From: an uncultured Planctomycetia bacterium
GTDB taxonomy: Bacteria; Omnitrophota; Gorgyraeia; 2-02-FULL-51-18
Length of the DNA stretch: 64,000 nucleotides
Assembly: GCA_964606485.1 (NCBI GenBank)
Contig: CAZSGP010000003.1
Span: 66,481 to 130,480, forward strand
Direction: 5' to 3'
This document shows positions 10,101 through 16,100 of this stretch, in pieces; within the stretch, counting starts at the first letter, position 1; the number at the start of each line of letters is the position of its first letter. The position numbers and the translations under genes are program-made. Under the pieces are notes generated by a model that was not told where the DNA came from, did no database searches, and saw nothing but the letters and a program-made list of their open reading frames with translations.

Positions 10101-13100
10101 GCTGCGGTGGGTGCTATTTCCAAGGCGATTCGCCGCTCCCGCTCCGGTATGCGCGACCCCAAGCGTCCCATCGGCAGTTTTGTGCTAGCGGGTCCCACCG
10201 GCGTCGGAAAAACGGAGCTAGCCAAGGCTTTGGCCTTGTTTATGTTTGGCGATGAGTCCAAGATGAAACGCCTGGACATGAGCGAATACATGGAAAAGCA
10301 CAATGCTTCTCGAATGATTGGTTCGCCGCCGGGTTATATCGGGTTTGAAGCGGGCGGAGAGCTTACCGAATACGTCAAAAAAAATCCGTACGCGGTGATT
10401 TTATTCGACGAAATTGAAAAAGCTCATCCGGATGTATTTAATACTCTTTTGCAAATTTTGTCGGATGGCCGCCTGACGGACGGTAAAGGCGAAACCGTCG
10501 ATTTTAAAAATACAGTGATTATTCTCACATCTAATGTCGGCATGACTTCCATTGCGGATTATTTCAAAGGCTTCGAGGAATCCATTAAGCACGCTGAAAG
10601 CTCTGAGGGAATTGATCTAGCGATAAAAGGGATGAACGAAAGAATTGCCGAAGCAGTAAAGAAAGGAATTAACGGTGACCCCGCGCGTTTTAAACCGGAA
10701 TTTTTAAACCGCTTGGATGCAGTGATTCCGATGAGCATCTTGTCGCCTGAAAACGTAAAAGGTATTGCTCGTATCAAAGTGGATAAGGAAATCAGGGCCC
10801 GGCTCGAGAGCGAAAAATGGAGTGTCACTATTTTGCCGGAAGTTCACGAGCTCGTTGCAAAAGAGGGTTACGACCCCGTTTTCGGTGCCCGTCCGCTTAA
10901 CCGCGCCATTGACCGCATGATTTTAGATCCTTTAAGCACTCAAGTCTTGATGACGAAAGCTAAAGAGGGAGAAGAAGCGTCCGGAAACATCGTGATTTCA
11001 GCGATTGGCAAAGAAATTCATTTTAAAATTGATTTAAAGAAACAAGGTGTGATTCAAACCCTGCCTTATCCTGAGGAGCAAAAAGCCATTTATGAAGCAC
11101 TGTTTCAAGAAATCAATAACACTCTCGACAGTGCTGATAGCGCGCTTACGGAAGAAACGCTTAAAAAAATCCTTAAAGTTGATGATAGGGCCGGTGTTTT
11201 AAGCTCCCAAAGCGCCGACTACGGCGTTTACAAGCATAATCAGCCGCTCGCATTTGAAGCAGAAAAAGATAAATCAAAGCGCTCCAATCACAATGCTCCC
11301 AGTAAGGATTCGGGGGTTTTGAAAGCTCAGGAACTCATTTTAGCCGCACTGCAGAGCGAGCCTAAGGTAAACGCAGTAATGAAATTTATTCAATTATTTT
11401 CAAAATGGGCCAAAGAAAATAATGTCGACGCCGAGTTTATCAATCTGGAATGGACTGTTAAAGATAAGAAGCTCCTGATTCGCATTAAAAAAGCCGATAA
11501 AAATGTGATTAAAGATGACGAAGCGAAGACTCTAGTCGAATTCCTTCAGCATAATCCCAAAACCCAAGAAGAGGCTGACGAGATAGCCCGTAAAATTGCC
11601 GAAGAAAAAGGGATTACGGGCGGACAAGCCCTTTTGCGTCTCAAGGCGGCGTTTATTGCGCTCGGAGGAGAATCGACGTTTGGAACATTTGAAAACACTT
11701 ATTGGGCAAGCATTGTGTTAGATGAAGATCTTCAAAAGATGGCGGACGAGTCAAAGCTTAAAGCCGAGACAGCCTATAAGCTGAAGTTGTTGGAGGCATT
11801 ATTTGATTCTCTCCCTGAGCGGTCTATGAGTGATGATCCCAAAAAAACCAATCTCCCGATGGATCGATTTAAATTTTCTATTACCGATGAATTGTGTGGG
11901 TATAAAGGTTATAAAGCGCGCAAACCGTCCGAATCAGATCAAAATAATAAAACAGTTCTTATTTTAGTGAATCCAAAAACAGCGAACTGGAAAATATTTT
12001 TTCAGGATTTCCGATTATATTTAGATGAGTACTACCCCTATTACATGGCCCGCTATTCGGCTTTGGTCGAAAAACTTCAATTTGGAAAACTTGAAGAGCG
12101 GGAGTCGGTTGTTGTCGCGGCAGGTGCGACGGACCAAACTGTCAAAAATCAAGGGGTAGCACCGAAGTCTATTCCTCAGGAATACACGGACATGCTAAAA
12201 AACATTAATGATTTGTACCAATATTTTCCAACTAACATAGCGATTCGGCTTAAGGACAAGCCTCTAGTTGCGGCCATTGTGCTTTATCACGCCTTATTTA
12301 AAAATGATGAGCTTGAGTCTTTTATGAATCTCTGCGTAAATCAGCAAATCGATGAATTTAAAAGGCAGTTAAATGGTTTGCCGGTTATACTAAGTTTGAT
12401 TAATAGATACGATGCTACCAGTATTGAGAGCGGATCCTTGATAGCCCCTGGAGTTCTCCCGCAAATCTGCTTTGTCTCGGGCCTGGAGGAGGATGAGCGT
12501 GGTTCGTATAGAAGATTTTTCTTAGGAAGAACCGCTACAAAATTCTATTCAGGTGATAGTTCGGATTTGGCAACTCAATCAAAATTAGTTATCAACGTTT
12601 CTGAATTAAATGAGCTTCGCGAGAATCTAAAAAAAGCAAAGATCACCAGCCTCCAACGGTCGGCAGCGAAGAGCTCCTCATCTAAAGAATTAAGTAGTGT
12701 GTCCCCGGAATCTGCGGAATCTACCAAGGCCCAAGGAAAACTTTCAAGAAAAACTGTTGCAGAGCTGTTTAGACAGTTTGCCGATCAGGTTAATATCCGT
12801 GGGCCTATCGACAATGAATGTTTTGTCGAATTTAATAGGTCCAACTCGAATGAATTCGTCTTAGAAAAATATACCCAGCGCCGTCAGCAAAGGGCGCGCA
12901 TAAAAATCCAGTCGGAGAAGGGACGAATCCGGAAATTAGAAATTACGCTGTGGCCCGCAGATAAAGGACCTGTAAGAGCGCTTTATATCAACAGAGCCGT
13001 CAATCTAATCCTAGATGTTGTTTTTTTAGGTAAAACACAAGAAGTAATCGTGGTGGTTGATGATAGGGAGCTTGTTGGATTTTTAAGTGCCTATGAATCC

Positions 13101-16100
13101 AATGCAGATAAATCCGATGAATCCATGGAGACTTTAAACACTCGCGTGATCGCCAAATCCGACGCTTTGAAGCGCGCTCAGGAAGATCCTGATTTCGCTA
13201 AGGCATTGAAGTGGAGGAATAAAAAATCTGCTGCACCATCTAACCCACTCGAAGGAGATGTTAAAGCTATTCTTGAGCAAGCGCGTCAGGCCAATGAAAA
13301 TGAGTCGGGCGATCTTAGTGCTGTGAGGGGCGCCGACAATGAACTTGCCATTCGAGCCGAGGATTTTTCTTTGCTGACGACAAAGGATTTCGAAGAAATT
13401 TTAGATAGAGCTTTTTTAGTAGAAGAATCGACGCTTTCAGCTCGTGCTATCCGTTTGACGATAGGCGATTGGGCTAGAAGAAAAAACCAACTAGTTTATT
13501 TGCGCGAGCAGGAAGAGGGGGATGATTCAGTATCGGTATTCGAGCTAAAAATTGGGCAAGCGATCCAGGCGAGCGAATTGATGAAGTGGCTACTGGAGCA
13601 GGACCTTCCGACGGATAACCCCGAAGTCCAGGCCGCTTGGGGAAAAGCTAAAATTAAAATCCGCCGTTTGGCGATAGAGAAGATTACAGGAAGGCAGTCT
13701 GCCGCTTCGGCTCAAGATGTCAAAAATCAAGGACTGACACCGAATGCACCGAATGAATTTAAAGCGCAAGTCCTTCAAAGAGCGTTGGCGAATGTGCGCA
13801 ATAAAAATATTCGCCGCTTCAAGGGTGGAGCCGTAACCAAGGCGTCGGAATCTGAATCTACATTGGTTCTTTTAGACTTCCCCCAAGACGACGCTGATTA
13901 CGATCCCGATCTATTCAGTCCTAGAGTCGCTTCGAAACTGCACCCGGCGGCCATGGAGCTTGCTCGGGAGATTGTCGAGTATCTGAATGGACAGTCGGGC
14001 AACAAGCGCAAAGCCTATGTGAATCAAGACGTTGAGACCGTTTTTGAAGGGGATGTTGAGATTGAGAATGTCTCTGCCGTGGGCATTTCCTTTGAGCGAA
14101 TGACGCAAACTCTAGAAGAAGCCCAGGCTGGCACTGTCGAGCTTTTGCGCGTTGTCGAAGAGTTCCTATTAAAAAAACAAGCTTCGCTTTCAAGTGTCGG
14201 CGATAAATTAAGTAAGGTGTCCCCGGAATCTGCTACTTCAGGTTGGCAATTATTGAATCGTGAGGGGACTGAATATATCAAAATTTCTGTCCCAAAAAAT
14301 TTGGAAGATAGGTTGCTAGGGAAGCCGCTTTTACAAAAGCTAGTTTATCTTTTAGCAGTTGAAGATCTTGTGCAAGCGAAAGATTTTATAAAATCGAATC
14401 TTTCCAAAATTTTAGCAGAAATAAAGAAATTAAATGTCGGGGAAGGACGACTCTGGGCTACAGCCCCGTCCGGAACTGTATTGATTAACGATGGAGCGCC
14501 TACGGAAGGTGCGCTGATTATTCGATTGGAAGAATTTGAAACTACTTTCACAGAATCGAAACAGGAGAGTGCGCAGGTTATATTTAATTACCCTTTATTT
14601 GAAACTGACGTATATTTTAACGCCGATGAAAAAAACGGAAAAAATCTTCGGGAGGTTGGCGCGATAAAAACTCCTTTTGACCAGAGTCCTGTTTTGTGTT
14701 ATCCCGAAGAAATGATTGAGCTTCGCCGTAATCTGGAAGCGCAGAAAGCGAATTCGGGGGACACGAAACCTAATTCTGCAAAAGGCACGGGCGAATTAAG
14801 TAAGGTGTCCCCGGGTTCTAAAGAAAAAGAAAAAAATGTTTCTCAGTGGCAAAAATTTGTGGAAGAGTTGAAGACTAGCGAATCTGCCGCCCCCATCCCC
14901 CCAGCCTCGGCGGACAAGTCAGCTCAAACTGTCAAAAATCAAGCACTGACACCGAATATAACTAAAATTATCTCCCAGTTAGAATCTAAATTAAGTGATG
15001 ACAATTGGGCTGTCTGTCTAGCCGCCGCCACAGCACTCGGACCTATCTACCAAGCTCTCTTCACTCAAGGTAAGATGTCCTTAGAAACCCTAGAATCTAA
15101 ATTAAGAGATAACAATTGGGCTGTCCGTCAAGCCGCCGCCATAGCACTCGGACCTATCTACCAAACTCTCATCACTCAAGGCAAAAAAGTCTCCTTAGAA
15201 ACCTTAGAATCTAAATTAAGCGATTACGAGCGGGATGCCGCCGCCACAGTACTTGGATTTATCTACCAAACTCTCATCACTCAAGGCAAAAAAGTCTTTT
15301 TAAAAACCCTAGAATCTAAATTAATGGATCGCGATGGGACTGTCCGTCGAGCCTCCGTCACAGCACTCGGATCCATCTACCAAACTCTCTTCACTGAAGG
15401 CAAGATATCCTTAGAAACCCTAGATTCTAAATTAATGGATCGCAATGGGACTGTCCGTCAAGCCGCCGCCACAGCACTCGGACCTATCTACCAAGCTCTC
15501 TTCACTCAAGGTAAGATGTCCTTAGAAACCCTAGAATCTAAATTAAGAGATAACAATTGGGCTGTCCGTCAAGCCGCCGCCATAGCACTCGGACCTATCT
15601 ACCAAACTCTCATCACTCAAGGCAAAAAAGTCTCCCTAAAAACCCTAGAATCTAAATTAAGTGATGGCACTTGGACTGTCCAACAAGCCGCCGTCATAGC
15701 ACTCGGACCTATCTACCAAACTCTCTTCACTCAAGGCAAGATGTCCTTAAAAACCCTAGATTCTAAATTAATGGATCGCAATGGGACTGTCCGTCAAGCC
15801 TCCGTCATAGCACTCGGACCTATCTACCAAACTCTCTTCACTGAAGGCAAGATATCCTTAGAAGCCCTAGAATCTAAATTAAGTGATGACGATGAGGCTG
15901 TCCGCCAAGCCGCCGTCACGGCCTTGGGATCTGTCGCGCTATCAATGATTGTAGCGCAGGAGGCAAAACCCGCCGCGCCCGTCCCCACAGCCTCTGCGGA
16001 CAAGAAGGCTCAAAATATCAAAAGAGAATTAAAAAGCGCGTCCCCGAAATCAAAACTTCAAGAGGAGATGGAAGTGGTTGGCGAATATATTCAAAAGCTA

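Noticed and set aside
14979-15935. A ~115-bp-period tandem DNA repeat that could be mistaken for a CRISPR array or satellite.
   Set aside because: The repeats are in-frame coding units of 37-40 aa. They are contiguous with no unique spacers, and no cas genes are present, so this is a protein repeat rather than CRISPR.
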